Assembly: GCA_010093705.1 (NCBI GenBank)
Contig: MU006107.1
Location: 3,392 to 67,391 of the forward strand
Source: Patellaria atrata CBS 101060
Lineage: Eukaryota
Direction: 5' to 3'
Length of the DNA: 64,000 nt
Shown here: piece after piece, positions 50,566 to 62,833 of the stretch
How positions within the stretch are numbered: the stretch's first letter is position 1
Layout: every line of letters begins with the position of its first letter
Program-made: the position numbers and the translations under genes
Notes under the pieces: model-generated
The model's database searches: none
Seen by the model: only the letters and a program-made list of their open reading frames with translations
What the model was told of the DNA's origin: nothing

Positions 50566-51522
50566 ATGACGACACTGAACGAATCATTACTACTGGATTA
50601 TGTGACACTTGATGTGTTCACAAGGGATATTTTCGCAGGAAATCCGCTCGCCGTAGTAAAGGTCCCGAAGACTGTTACGCTTCGTCAGGATCAGAAACAA
50701 GTCATCGCCCGAGAATTCAACTACTCAGAAACTGTGTTCCTTCATGAGCAAAAGGATGGCGAGCCACACAATGAATGGATAATCGATATCTTTTTGACAA
50801 ATGCCGAGGTGCCATTTGCTGGACATCCCACAATTGGTACGGCATGCCATATTCTACCCACATTGGCAATTCCGTCCAGGAATGTCTCCCACCCGCAAAA
50901 GACAATCGAAGGGTCATTCTTGACGAGAGCTGGGAAGATAGGTTTGGCATATGACCCCGATACACACGTTGCTAAAGCTTTGCTACCACATAATGTTCAC
51001 GTACATAAGTCGACATATAGTGGTGATGACCTGAGTAGATTCCAGCCGACTTTGGCACGAGAGCATCCTACTCCATCACATTCTGCCGTAGTATCTATAG
51101 TTAAAGGAATGACGTTCGTGTTGGTACGTCTAGGTCATGAACATGAGCTTGCAGCTGTCACTACAACATCTCTTCCGGTTGAATGCATTCGAGATGAAGA
51201 GTGGGATGAGGGATTCGTTGGAACTTATTTCTTCGTCGAAGTCGACAGTTCTGATAATGGAACGAGGAACCTGAGGACGAGGATGATCGAAGGATCTTTG
51301 GAAGATCCAGCAACGGGGAGTGCAGCGAGCGCTCTTGCAGCTTTCTTGTCGATGAAAGACGGGAAGCCGGGAGATACGGTCAAGTTTGCCATAACTCAAG
51401 GAGTTGAGATAGGGAGAAAATCTCACATTGGCGTCGAGGTCTCTCTAGCCAAGCAAGGCATTGAAGCTATACGTCTCAGTGGGACGGCGGTGCCAGTGAT
51501 GGAAGGGAAGCTGAGGGTGTGA
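50566..51522 (+). CDS. PhzF/diaminopimelate-epimerase-like protein
   Basis: DVFT..FAGNPLAVV, AREFNYSETVF, EVPFAGHPTIG, EDPATGSA and QGVEIGR. Confidence 0.93.
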   Translation: MTTLNESLLLDYVTLDVFTRDIFAGNPLAVVKVPKTVTLRQDQKQVIAREFNYSETVFLHEQKDGEPHNEWIIDIFLTNAEVPFAGHPTIGTACHILPTLAIPSRNVSHPQKTIEGSFLTRAGKIGLAYDPDTHVAKALLPHNVHVHKSTYSGDDLSRFQPTLAREHPTPSHSAVVSIVKGMTFVLVRLGHEHELAAVTTTSLPVECIRDEEWDEGFVGTYFFVEVDSSDNGTRNLRTRMIEGSLEDPATGSAASALAAFLSMKDGKPGDTVKFAITQGVEIGRKSHIGVEVSLAKQGIEAIRLSGTAVPVMEGKLRV

Positions 51523-53262
51523 ATGATTGAATATATTCTTCTATACAAATTGTTACTCTGCAGCCAGTGTCAGATTTACTTGAGTACTATTACTACTATA
51601 CCAACTCTAACCATGCTCTAACGTGTGAAGGAAAAGTGTAGCCAAGTACAAGTACAACATGAAGATGTTGGACTGTTCGAATAGCCCGAACAGCCAAGAT
51701 TTTTGTTTTTTGTCTCTAAGTCGAATAATATCATACGTTCTGGCTCCTTTTCAATGTTGGAGGTCTGAGATTGTTGGATCAAACATTTCAAGGCGAAGTC
51801 ACCGTTGTTCCACCGTCATTATTGCTTTCTAGCCCCGAGGATTCTCTTTTGTGCTCCCATAAGCTTGCTTAACATCAGGTAAAAGTGAAAACGGACCGAA
51901 CACACCGACTACAGAAAATCAAACGTATATTTCCTGTTTAGATTCCTCGATAGGACCGAAAGTGTGGATTGAAAGCTACCTTGAATATCGTTAGGTATAC
52001 GTGAGTTGTGTCAAGGGGGATAAAGATCCCAGAAACGGAACTGAGAGATCTATGAACAAGTCTATGGCGAGATTCACGCTATTATTGCAGAGCCTCAAAT
52101 CCTTTTTGAGTAATAATGATGAGAAAACATCAACTAGCGGCCGTGTATCCGGTTCGGCGTTTTACGGCTTGTGCAATTGTTTTCTGCCTTATGAAAAGTT
52201 GTAGGGGTTGATTGAAGCATCGCTTGTCAGAGAGAAACGGGTCGCGACATGCCAGTCTTCAAGAATCAGTTCATCAGTCAGCCAAGAAGCTCTGGAAATT
52301 CCATAGCTGAGATATGTCGAACACGCTTTCATACAAACGGTACCTTTGAATACTGTAATCAACGAGGGTTCTGGATATCGGCCCAGTTCTGGTGCAGACA
52401 CTTCCCAGAATTCCAGATCCTCTACCGGGCGAGCTGGCTACCGTACGTTAGCCGTCTGCAGGAGAGGGGTCCTGTTTCCTCGTGCTCGAAATTCATCTGG
52501 TGCTCTGATTGACGGGAGTGGTATTTTTAATGAAAGGAGGCTCGGGCTCGTGAGACGTGCTATGGCGATCATACAGAGGCGGCTCTGGTGCGCGAAGTGA
52601 GAGGTCGCTTACGGATTTCCTCTTACGGTAAGGGTCAAAACCCCTTGGGTCTCAGACTGTATGCTTAGCACCTCCACCTCAACCTCATGCTCAAACACGG
52701 GCTGTTTCCTCCTAAATAACCACAACTTGCACACCCGCAAGGAATTTTGGAGGTTTGGAGAATGAGCAGTGAGGTCAACTCGGTCAAGGGTTCACATCTC
52801 GACAGGCTTCGAGCCAAACCAGACCCAAACCAGACCAAACCATACCGAACTCAGACCAAAAGTAGCTTCGTCTCATGCCTCGTGAGACGCATCCACCCTC
52901 ATCGTAAGTTTCAAGGCATAGCGGCTCTAGGTCCGCATTGACGGTCGACCTCTTTTCCGCAAGTCGCCAAGGTGGTAATAAAGCTGGCCTTCACGCCGCT
53001 CAGAAATTCATTTCATTCCATCATCACCAGCGTCTTGTGGCAGTTCTTCACTTGAGGGTTACGTTCCTTTTAACGCTTCCTCTTTCCTCTCTTTTCTATA
53101 CAGACCACGTTGAACGTGTCTGCTTTATTTCAGTTCTTGTATAATTGCACTATACCGCAAGCCGGTTTACCCTCCTTTCAATCCAATTCCGCTAACCTTC
53201 CCTTTCTCCCTTCTCTCCTGCCATTTTTACCGTTCGTTCCGGTTTTTGAACTATCTTCAAAT

Positions 53263-54883
53263 ATGCGTTTCACAAGCTTCGCAACGGCAGCGGCCTTGAC
53301 GGCTGGTTTGGTGCTTCCAGTTCTGGCTCAGGATAATAATGGCCAGAACAACGTCTTCGGCGGAGGGCAGTTCGGACAGGGTCAGAACGGTGGACAGAAC
53401 AACGGCGGCTTCAATGGCGGCCAGAACAATGGCGGCCAGAACAACGGCGGTCAGAACAATGGCCAGAATGGTGGACAGAACGGCGGCCAGAATAATGGTG
53501 ACCAGAATAACGGCCAAAATGGTGGACAAAATAACGGCCAGAACGGTGGTGACCAGAACAATGGTGGACAGAATGGTGGCAACGCTGGTGCTACAACACT
53601 TGACCCAGACAACGTTCAGACAGGATCCCAACAGGATGGAGGAGCTGATGAGGCTGCTGGTCAATCGCCATCCTTGATGTAAGTGAAACGATTACTCAAT
53701 TCATAACCTCTGCTAACGATCATCAGTGATGAGGCAAATTTCATCAACTTCTGTACTGGTAAGACCAAGACCAATGGCCTTCAGGTCATTGCTGGATCAT
53801 GTAACGGTGTTGTTATGGGTGATATTCCACCTAAGAGCAACATGGTCTCATCCATGCTCATCTTCCCGGCTCCCGGTGATGATATCGCAGCGGACACCGA
53901 TTTCAACATCGAAGTGCAAGTCAACAACCTTGTGGCTGGTTCTTTCACCAATCCCGATAACACCTATTATGCAGCTCCTCAGTTCCTCGAGGGCAACAAC
54001 GTCGTCGGTCACACTCACGTCACTGTTCAGGATATGGGTGGCAGTCTCACGCCTCAGAATGCTCTACCTGCCGATACCTTCACTTTCTTCAAGGGTATTA
54101 ACGATGAAGGTAACGGTCAGGGTAGGCTACAAGCTATTGTCGAAGGTGGTCTTCCAGCTGGTTTCTACCGTGTCTGCACAATGACCTCCGCATCTAACCA
54201 TCAGCCTGTCCTCATGCCTGTCGCTCAACGTGGTGCTCAGGACGACTGCACTAAGTTCACCGTCGGTCAAGGCAATGGTGCTAACAACGGTGGTCAAAAC
54301 AACGGAGGCCAGAACGGTGGCGATCAAAACGGTGGCGGCCAAAATGGTGGTGCTCAGAACAACGGCGGCGATCAGAATGGCGGCGATCAGAACAACGGTG
54401 GACAGGACGGCGGCGACCAAAATGCTGGTGGTGATCAGAATGCCGGTGGTGACCAGAACGCTGGCGGTGATCAGAATGCTGGAGACAACGCTGGACAAGA
54501 TGGCGGTGCTGATGCTGGCGCCGATGCTGGAGCTGACGCCGGTGCCGATGCTGGAGCTGATGCTGGTGCCGACGCTGGAGCTGATGCGGGTGCCGATGCT
54601 GGAGCTGACGCTGGGGCTGATGCCGGTGCCGACGCAGGTGTCGATGCTGGTGCCGGACAAAACGTAAGTTAATCCTCTACCTTCTTCTATAACACAATTT
54701 AACACTCAACAGAACGGTGGTCAACAGGGCGGACAGCAAGGAGGTCAACAAGGCGGTCAATTCGGCGGCCGCGGGCGATTCGGTGGCGGACGCTTCGGCG
54801 GACGTAATCGAGAACGCTTCGGTGGCCGCGGTCGCTTCGGCAAGTCTCGCTCCAGGTTCTCTGCTCGCGAGTTCACGGCATGA
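53263..54883 (+). CDS. Secreted Gly/Asn/Gln-rich repeat protein with conserved Cys core (introns ~53679..53726, 54664..54711)
   Basis: Signal peptide MRFTSFATAAALTAGLVLPVLAQ, then GGQNN repeats. Core motifs NFINFCTGK..TNGLQ..GSCNG, GHTHVTVQ, FFKGIN and YRVCTM..NHQPVLMPVAQRGAQDDC. GADA repeats and an FGGR tail follow. Confidence 0.88.
54487..54654 (+). repeat. Coding 12-bp tandem repeat (GADA)n
   Basis: GGNGCYGAYGCN repeats encoding Gly-Ala-Asp-Ala. Confidence 0.9.
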
Positions 54884-56036
54884 GCGGTTCATCACACCAA
54901 ATCTTCAATCGCATCAGAAGAAGGGGAACGTTGGCTCCGGGGTTGGTCGGTATAAAAGGGTCGTCTCGCTGTATAGAAAGGGAACCTCATCTTCACAGGT
55001 ATTCGGGATTGGGAATGAAGCAAAGCCGGTATGACTACAGTACCGGAATAAAGAAGGGGTAAACCGCAGCGGTAATGGCTTCTTTTCTCGAGTATTACTA
55101 CAATTTTTTTTTTCGAAAGTCTATTTACTGTCGCATAGAAGAATCATGGGCACGCTCGATGTGTTGTCCCATTTTCTGATGTCTTCGTCTGTTTACATAT
55201 TGCATCTTTTTCCCTTTCTACGTCTGTGATGATTGCGTTGTGGTATTGTTTATTTAGATTAGAAACTTATAGCTGCAAACTCATTCATACTCTGGGAGTT
55301 TGGGGTAGGTAGTACAAAATGGTAAAAGTATTACAAAACAGCACAAACATTCCCACTGCACTACTAATTTCAAAATCTCTTTCAAGGACGAGGAGATAGA
55401 GTTTGATATGCAGTAACAAACCCCTGTCCCGCGTTTTGGATCTAATGCTACTGTAGTTCTAGCCGAGCGAGCGACCTGAGGCTGAAACTTGGACCCTGTG
55501 GAAGGGAGGGTTTCAGAAGCGACCGCCGCGGAGGGGAGGAACGAGCGGCGTGCGGGAGAAACTGGAGCCGGTGGAAATTCTTTTCCTTCTATGGTCAAGG
55601 GGATATGAGGGAAATGGTATGATGTTAAGAGGTCGCGCGATATGGAGCTCCCGGGTGGGAAGTTGTTAAGCAGGGGAAAGGGGTTGAAGGGTTAGATGTA
55701 TATTTTTCTACCACAACGACGATCAGTAAACTGGTTGATCAATTGAAGGTGCCGTCTCTACACGGCGGCTATGGCATACACAGTATCTTTCATTCATGCA
55801 AGTAAGTCGGAGGTTTTCACGCGGTTAACAATCCTCAGGGGAGCATTTGCGTTTCAAACGCTCTGGTTGGTCGATGGCTCCAGTAAGATCTTCAATATCA
55901 GAAACACCAAGATATTGTTAAACCAGTCGAATTGTGGAAAAGAAGGGTATCTCAAAAATAACTTTATGATCAAGTGCATAAACACCGAACGTCATACTTC
56001 CACCCGGACGCCCAATAACCACCATCATGACCACAT

Positions 56037-57286
56037 TTAGCTTTCACTCCCCTCTCCTTCCTCGCCCCAGACTACCCCAACGAAACAGTCCATATCGATC
56101 GGCTCCCTCAAATCCACCTTCTGTCTCTGCACCCACTCCCTCACGAGCGCCTTATTCAGCACGACATCCGCTCCACCTTTCTTCCGCTGCTCCAGAAGCT
56201 CCATCTCCTTCAGCGTCGTGATGACATCGTCCGGCGCGATGTACGTGTCCTCGCTGATCTCGCGGACAGTGAAGGTCTTTTTCGAAGCGTGTGCAAGTAT
56301 ATATCGAGCGAGTGTGCTGAGCCAGAAGGAGAGGTAAGCACGACGGCCGAGTTCGGAGAGAGCTATGGAGGGTTGTCAGTTAAAGTCTCGATATCCGTGC
56401 TCCTTTTATGTGGTATATGGGGAGATCGATGCTGTATGGTGGATGATTGAACTTCATGGGCACATACGCTTCTCCGGTCCTCCCAACCTGCCTTCTCTCT
56501 TACTCAACTCATAACTCACGCCCATGAGTATCTGCCCGGCTCCTTGTCTCTGCCACGGTGGAAACACAATAATACAGGCAAGGTTATTGTTATCCCAACT
56601 CATCTTCTCCTTGCTGAAGAAGCCTATGACCTGCGATTCCCGGGTGTCGGGGTCGGAGTAAACGAGGAGGTAGTAAAGGAACGTCGTGACATCGTAGAAG
56701 ACCGATTTCGTATCGAGGAACAACTTCGCGAAAAGGGATATATTCTGCGTGTACAGCTATCCCACAACACCCAAATCAGCACATATTCCCCCTATCATCA
56801 CCCTCACTCCCACGCATCACGAAAGTCAATTAAGGGATGGTCAAAATAACATACCTTCTCCTCCTCCCCATCAACCTCCCAAATCCCATACCCACCCCTC
56901 TCATATATCAAACTCCCCGGTGCGCACTCCCTCCCCGTCTCCCCACTCCCCACCCTCCGCCTACACGCCGCGACATGTCCCACGAAACTTCCCGCATCAA
57001 CGGAATACCTAAAGCACCACTTACACACCCACAGCCTCTCAGTCCCCGCGCCCACCAGCTCTTCAGGGTAGAAACTCGGGTACCACGGCTTGATCAACAG
57101 ATCGCCTAACACGACTTCCTGCACGTTCGGCTCGAGTGCCTTGCTGGGTGAGGATTTGGGGTTTTTGTTCGGCGTGGTGGGGAGCGCGAGGTGGACGTTG
57201 CTGGCGGCGCTGCTGTTGGAGATCGGGGACTCGACGTGGGTTGGTATGGGATTGGGGGTTGGGAGAGAGGGCGATGAGGTTCGCAT
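56037..57286 (-). CDS. MYST-family histone acetyltransferase (SAS2-like), 2 introns
   Basis: IKPWYPSFYP, LWVCKWCFRY, EVDGEEEK|LYTQNISLFAKLFLDTKSVFYDV, GFFSKEK, NNLACI, GPEK|PLSELG. Confidence 0.9.
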
Positions 57287-57835
57287 TGTTGGGTGGTGGT
57301 AAGATGGGATGGGAATTTAGAAAGCATGTGAGAGCGTGATGGTTGCGGTGGGGGCGTGGGGACCCCTTGGACGCGAGTTGGTGTGGGGAGACGCGATGTT
57401 GTCGGTTGGCGAACACGTGGCGAAGTGGACTGGAACTTCAACTTGTCACGATAGAACAGATTATTCGAGATTTATCTGAACCCCCATAGATTCAGAGTTA
57501 ACTATCAAGTTGAGAGTTCTTGACTATGATACCATTGATAGGTAGAGTCAAGATAATGGTGCTGGAGAACTGCATACAGTCATCTCGAGCACAAACGGGT
57601 GCACATCGCAGTACACAAATAACAGCCTCCATGCCAACTCTCAACCGTTTCCACACATGTCAAGTCCAGTTTACGAATTGGTAAACCCAGAACAAACACA
57701 TACCATCATGCACAGCGTTTTAGCCATCGAAACTCAACCATCGAGCCGCGTAGAGTGTCTGGTCAGGCGTAGCGACTTTCTAGGTCGGTCTGGTCCGGTA
57801 AAGTTTGCTCGCTGGTGCTTACCGAGCTCTTCTTG

Positions 57836-58656
57836 TTAATTATCCACTGTAACAGCAAAACGATTTAACAGGTCTTCGAGAGGACCCGAGTTATTCATGA
57901 GCGCTCCTCGGCTTCGAAAGGTTGCCATGATTGCGCTTAAATTGCCCTGAACATACATGGAAATCTCTTCGCGAATCGCAGCGTCACCATCGGGGGTATC
58001 ATCGTAGATCCAATTAGCAATACTCATAATGTCCTCGGGGTCGCGAATGTCTTTAATGCGGTCTCGAAAAGTTGTTGTGACTTTCTGCTTCAATGGTTGG
58101 ACATCATACTGTTTAGTGTCAGCATGCATGCACTTTGATCTTCAAACCCTGAAGGGAAACTCATTTTATCGCTCGCAATGTATAGTAGAACCATCGACGT
58201 TATGTCATCGAACTTTTCGGCAGAGTTTTGGGTGTTGACGGGAATCGAGTCGATAAGGGGTATATCAAGACCATAAAGAAATTTCAACAGCATTTTCAAC
58301 TGTTTCATCCTTCTCTTTGAGAATGATGAGGTTTGACAGTGATTCCTGTTCATGTCAGCACCAACAATGTGAGCAGCATCCAGAGAAGACTCACTATAAA
58401 GCCGCTTTTACAAGCGGCAGTGAAATACCTAGACCTAGGACAAACCCTATTTTGGTAAGTTGCTTGAATATTAAGAAAGAACGGTAAGTTCGCTCTTACA
58501 CAGCTTTGTGGACATGGAATTCGACGGATGTAGTAGCAATAACCATGTCAGACCAGTCGCAACTGATCCAGAGACTATTCAAATAGCAGGAATTAGCCAG
58601 ATGTTGGTATGAATGATGAAAACTTACTGTTTGAGGCACTCGTCGCTTGTATTCAT
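57836..58656 (-). pseudogene. BTB/POZ-domain gene with a frameshift and a mutated splice donor
   Basis: Exons read LWISCDWSDM..FHVHKAV|VCPRSRYFTAACKSGFI|ESLSNLIILKE.., then an extra A (58293..58296) before MLLKFLYG. LYIASDK is followed by ATGAGT instead of GTGAGT (58164), then YDVQPLK. Confidence 0.72.
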
Positions 58657-59128
58657 CGTGCCGAATTAGGTGGACGGTTTGGATCGATGGGATTTCGGGT
58701 TGGGTATTGTCGATAGTATCGCTCGACGATGGATATAGGTTCTCCATTGTCGCTCTACGAACAAGGATAGGAATTAGTGAGGGCGTTATTGAAACTCCTG
58801 GAAGTGAAACTTACTTATTGACTCTGATAACCTCCCAGTCTCGCGAGAGTGCTTGTTTGAACTCTTCGAGGTATTCGCGGTCAAGAAACGTCAGATTCAA
58901 CCATTCAAACGTTCCAGACGATGCTTGTCCCGTCAAGCTCACTCGGAGATCGGGTGAACGAGCCCAATATAAGGTGTTTTGCTTCGATCCCGCGCGGAAA
59001 CGATGGGTCGTGTCTTGAGTGGTCACCAAAAAGCGTTTCGACCTGAATCTGTACTTGAGCTGCAGACCCGGCTGGTTCTCCAAGTGCTGAGCAGTCTGAC
59101 AAGATGTCAATCCATAGCTCCGGCTCAT
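58496..59128 (-). CDS. Hypothetical exons upstream of and overlapping the BTB pseudogene (possibly its 5' part)
   Basis: ORF MSRSYGLTSCQ...REYLEEFKQALS is spliced via GTAAGT...CTAAT...TAG in frame to ATMENLYP. Confidence 0.4.
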
Positions 59129-59536
59129 CTTATTCTCGGTAGGTACCCATGAAGGAGAATCGTAAGCCAAGTGGTGTGTTTGAGGGACTTTAATGGGGAA
59201 ATGGAACAAAGTGAAGACAAACGGAAAGTTCAAACACGCCATGTTATCTATCATAAAGATACCTCGTAGGTGAAGGTGAAGCGAGTTCCTACTGAAGAAA
59301 TCTAATTCTGAAGTTTACTTTTGAATTTTTTTTTTCTAAACGTACAAACCTCCGACTCGCGCCTACAACTCCATCCAGTGCCGAAAGCGTGCACAAAACA
59401 AACGCCTGGAAAGCCATGAGCATGTGGAATAATTCTTACAAATAGACGGTGGAAGTAAGCAGCATGCCATGGACAAACAGCCTCAGGGACTAACAGATAC
59501 TTCGTGGCTGTGATGTGGGTCTCGCGCTACGCTATT

Positions 59537-61072
59537 CTACCAAGTGGTGGGGATACGAGAATACTCCTCGTGGGAGAGCTTCAAGTCGTCAAAGATAGTA
59601 TCGTCACCTAAAGTGCCACATAGTCAGGAAAACGACAGAGTCAATACCTGTTCAGGAGTACTTACCGTCTAGATGCTCGACACGAAGCTCATCCTCATGC
59701 TCCAACTTCTCCATTTCCTCCAAAGGTGTCTCCTTCTCATCGTTCTTCTTGTCTTTACCAGTGGGCTCTACAGCCTTTTTCAGATCACCATCCTCATCTT
59801 CACCTATCAGGAGGATTTGCGCCCTATCGTAGTCAAGATATTCAGGCTTCACAGGCACCCAAGCGTAACCAGCGAACTCCTCGATAATCCTACACCCGTT
59901 GGTCAGATATTAATCACTACCTTCGACTGTAAACCTTACTTCTTTGGGTATTTGGGGCCATCAGGTAAATTCGCGTTCGGTGGAGGGCGGCGTTCTGGAT
60001 TCTTAACGCTAATGAAGAAGCTTGCCCGTGATCGCAGTCCAAGCTCATTTTGCACCTCACCTAGTTCAGATGGTATCGTGAGCATGTAAATGAGATGAGT
60101 TGTATCACCGGTTCTGGTGATCGAGTAGACGCCTTCGCCGATAGGAGTAACGGCAGGAGTATGGCGAGTTCCCACTGTCTTAGTTTCATAAGTTGAGCCT
60201 CCGAAGTAGTTCTCCCTCAGATCCGCAATGGTGGTACCGGCTTTATCGACGAAAGCCAAAAATCGGTCCCGGTGTCTCTTTGGGAACACCTTCTTTGGGA
60301 GTGCGAATAGACGGTTGGTATTCGAGTCTTCTATGGTGCCTTCACCAAGCTTCGCCCCAAGGGGAATCGGGCGGAGAACAAAGTAAGTACGAGCAAGATC
60401 ACCGGCACCTTCCGGATCCTCGATACCGACGCGACCCCGGGTGAAGAAGTAGATGATGCCCTTCTCTAGGACATTCGAAGGAACTGCTGACTCCCTTTCT
60501 GCTGACTTTTCGATGGCGCCGTTTTCGGTTTTGCTATCACCCGCCGATTTCTTCGAATCTTTAGCTTCCGTTTCCTGATCCTCCACTTCAGCTGTCTTCT
60601 CCTCCCTGGCTTTCTCCACTTCTTTCGACTCATCTTCCGGTCCCGCACCACTCTCTTGGCCATCGGCTTCTTCAATTTCCTCCTTAGAGCCACCATTAGG
60701 ATTTACATTCTCGGTCTCTTCCTTGCCGTTCGTTTCAGCAGTATCTTCATCCATGTTGACATCCTTGGATCCTTCGTCCTCCACGTCAGGCATGGTCTCT
60801 TCAATAGTCTTCTGAGACTTTTTACCCTTCAGTTTGGATGGAGATTTTGTCTCAGCACTGTCATCTTTCATCTCGACGTCTTCTGGCTGGTCTTCCTCCT
60901 CAGGCATTGTCTCTTCAATAGTCTTCTGAGACTTCCTTCCACGCGTCGACTTGGCGGGCGATTTTGGCCCAGCTTTACGTTTAGTACCAGCCGTTTCCTT
61001 AGGAGACGACTTATCATCCTGCTGCTTTGCAGGACTGGAGCTCGAAACTGCACTACTGCGTGTAGTAGGCAT
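59537..61072 (-). CDS. Conserved fungal protein (acidic N-terminus + LEKGIIYFF domain), 2 introns
   Basis: VLEKGIIYFFTRGRV, SFFISVKNPE, LDYDRAQILLIGE and final exon GDDTIFDDL. KSQKTIEETMP is duplicated internally. Confidence 0.85.
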
Positions 61073-61231
61073 TTTGGTCAAATGCAGATATCTACAAGGT
61101 CAATTGAAACGGGAGGGGTACTATTGCAATGAAAATATCTGTTTTTGAGATGAAGACTCTGAGATTGTAAGTATATGAGTGATGAGGAGTGGAATTAAAG
61201 TCGAAATCGAAGTTGTCGCGTTATGCCCAGA

Positions 61232-61243
61232 TGACGTCACGTG
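61232..61243. promoter_or_regulatory. CRE (TGACGTCA) overlapping an E-box (CACGTG)
   Basis: TGACGTCACGTG about 160 bp upstream of the 61072 ATG; ATF/CREB consensus. Confidence 0.5.
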
Positions 61244-61656
61244 TAAACCGGGCAAATATGATGTTCCACGCTATACTCTATAGGTACGGTAAATTGAGTT
61301 ATTAAAACCTAAAAGGAACGGACGGAAACGGAATGGAACTCTTGGTTAAAAAATACATAACATCTCGTTACTCAGGCAACTGTAAATCTCAAAACTTCCC
61401 CTCTCTTATCACAGCTCCCGAATTCCTGTACGATTGTGCTTGAAATGTTCTACATTGTTCCCTTTCGTAAGAATGAATCAGGCAAAGAGAGTAGCGTTAT
61501 GAAGCAAATTCCGGATACTATTCCCCTAGGTAACCTGTTCCTGAAGGTCAAGTCAGTATTCGCAAGTTGGCAAACATCCGGTCCAACGTATCCATATGCT
61601 CTGGTCGAACTTGGGTGTGCATAGTCAATAGTAAATTCCAAACTCTTGTCCTAACC

Positions 61657-62634
61657 TTACAGTGACATGCCCTTCATGAACTCAGAAATACCCTCCGCTA
61701 CACCCTCCGGACTTGGTTTTTCCGCGCAAACATCCGGCTCAAACCCGAACTCACGGAGAAGAAAATCCCTCGTCGTCGGGCCAATCGTGATAACATATGT
61801 CTTCCTCTCCTCAACAGCAGGTTGCGCCGCCCTACCGGTATCCCGGTCAAGCCATCGCAAACACTCGAGCATGGCCTTGCACCCAGTAGGCGAGAAGACC
61901 ACGACCCACTGACACGGGACCTCCCCCTCACCATTTCTCTCAAGGATATCCGAGAACGTAGACGCAAAAGCCGCTAATTCCCCCGTCTCATAGACCTCCA
62001 ATTCCGTGACAATGATCCTCTTTCTCTCCGGCAGTTCCGTGGACCACAGCGTCTTGGGAATGATATCCCGTCTCTGCTCGCCCACGAGGAACAAGATGCC
62101 CTTCTTATACCCATCTACGCCATCCGGCACCTCGTTCAGCCCGTTGTAATGCTCTAATATGAACCCCGCCAACGCCTGCCCGTTTCCCGTCTCTTCACCC
62201 AGGATGGGACATTTCAGTCCCAACGCCCTCAATCCCCGTGCGGTGGCAGGTCCCACGGCGTAGAAAACGGTATCCTGCGTCAGCAGTTCGTCCACCTTAT
62301 ACTGCTGCAAGCGAAGGTCCTGTATGACCTTGGTAAACGCCTCGACGGCTCGTTGCGAGGTGAAAATGATGGCGCCATATTGAGCCGATCGTCTACCCCA
62401 TCTCTTCCCGTCTACGAAGCCAACAAACCCCTTCGTGATATCGGCATTTGAAGGCGCTGTTATCGTCTCCCGGAGATGCTTCAGCGAGTCTTGCTTGAAG
62501 CGGTGTTCGAGCACAGGCACGAACTGGGGGTCGTAGCGCCCACAGTCAAGAGCGCGAAGATACTCTTCATACCCATCGCTCGGGCTCGATTTCGTCTTCA
62601 AAAGCAGAATCGGGACTCTGAGCGGGTCACCCAT
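61657..62634 (-). CDS. HEM4: Uroporphyrinogen-III synthase
   Basis: ILLLKTKS, IIFTSQRAVEAF, YAVGPATA, LFLVGEQRRDIIP, VYET, VVFSPTG, IGPTT and KPSPEG. Confidence 0.95.
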   Translation of the reverse strand: MGDPLRVPILLLKTKSSPSDGYEEYLRALDCGRYDPQFVPVLEHRFKQDSLKHLRETITAPSNADITKGFVGFVDGKRWGRRSAQYGAIIFTSQRAVEAFTKVIQDLRLQQYKVDELLTQDTVFYAVGPATARGLRALGLKCPILGEETGNGQALAGFILEHYNGLNEVPDGVDGYKKGILFLVGEQRRDIIPKTLWSTELPERKRIIVTELEVYETGELAAFASTFSDILERNGEGEVPCQWVVVFSPTGCKAMLECLRWLDRDTGRAAQPAVEERKTYVITIGPTTRDFLLREFGFEPDVCAEKPSPEGVAEGISEFMKGMSL

Positions 62635-62833
62635 GTTTCGCACATCGCTCCCGCATCTCCATCCTCACTCGCTCCGTGTCGTCATCAATCCAGAAAAAAA
62701 AATGTGTTATCGGCAAAACCCCGGCACCTACTTCCCTTTTTGTTAATATATCAAACCTCATCAAGAACAGGCCAACACCGAATTCCCGGGGTCGGAGTCC
62801 TCGGTTTCAAAAAATGACTTGCGCCCATCCGAC

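Noticed and set aside
36369..51522. Secondary-metabolite cluster from the SRPBCC and PhzF genes
   Set aside because: No PKS/NRPS or other phz genes. Both families are common stand-alone genes among housekeeping loci.
53340..54654. CRISPR-like array
   Set aside because: The repeats are codon-periodic within a eukaryotic CDS and have no unique spacers.
55280..55700. Possible RNase P/MRP RNA (GGTGGAAATTC, ATGGAGCTC)
   Set aside because: Only partial motif resemblance, and the P4 pairing could not be built; it would need Infernal.
33348..62634. Heme biosynthesis gene cluster (HEM14 + HEM4)
   Set aside because: About 26 kb apart with roughly ten unrelated genes between them; likely coincidence.
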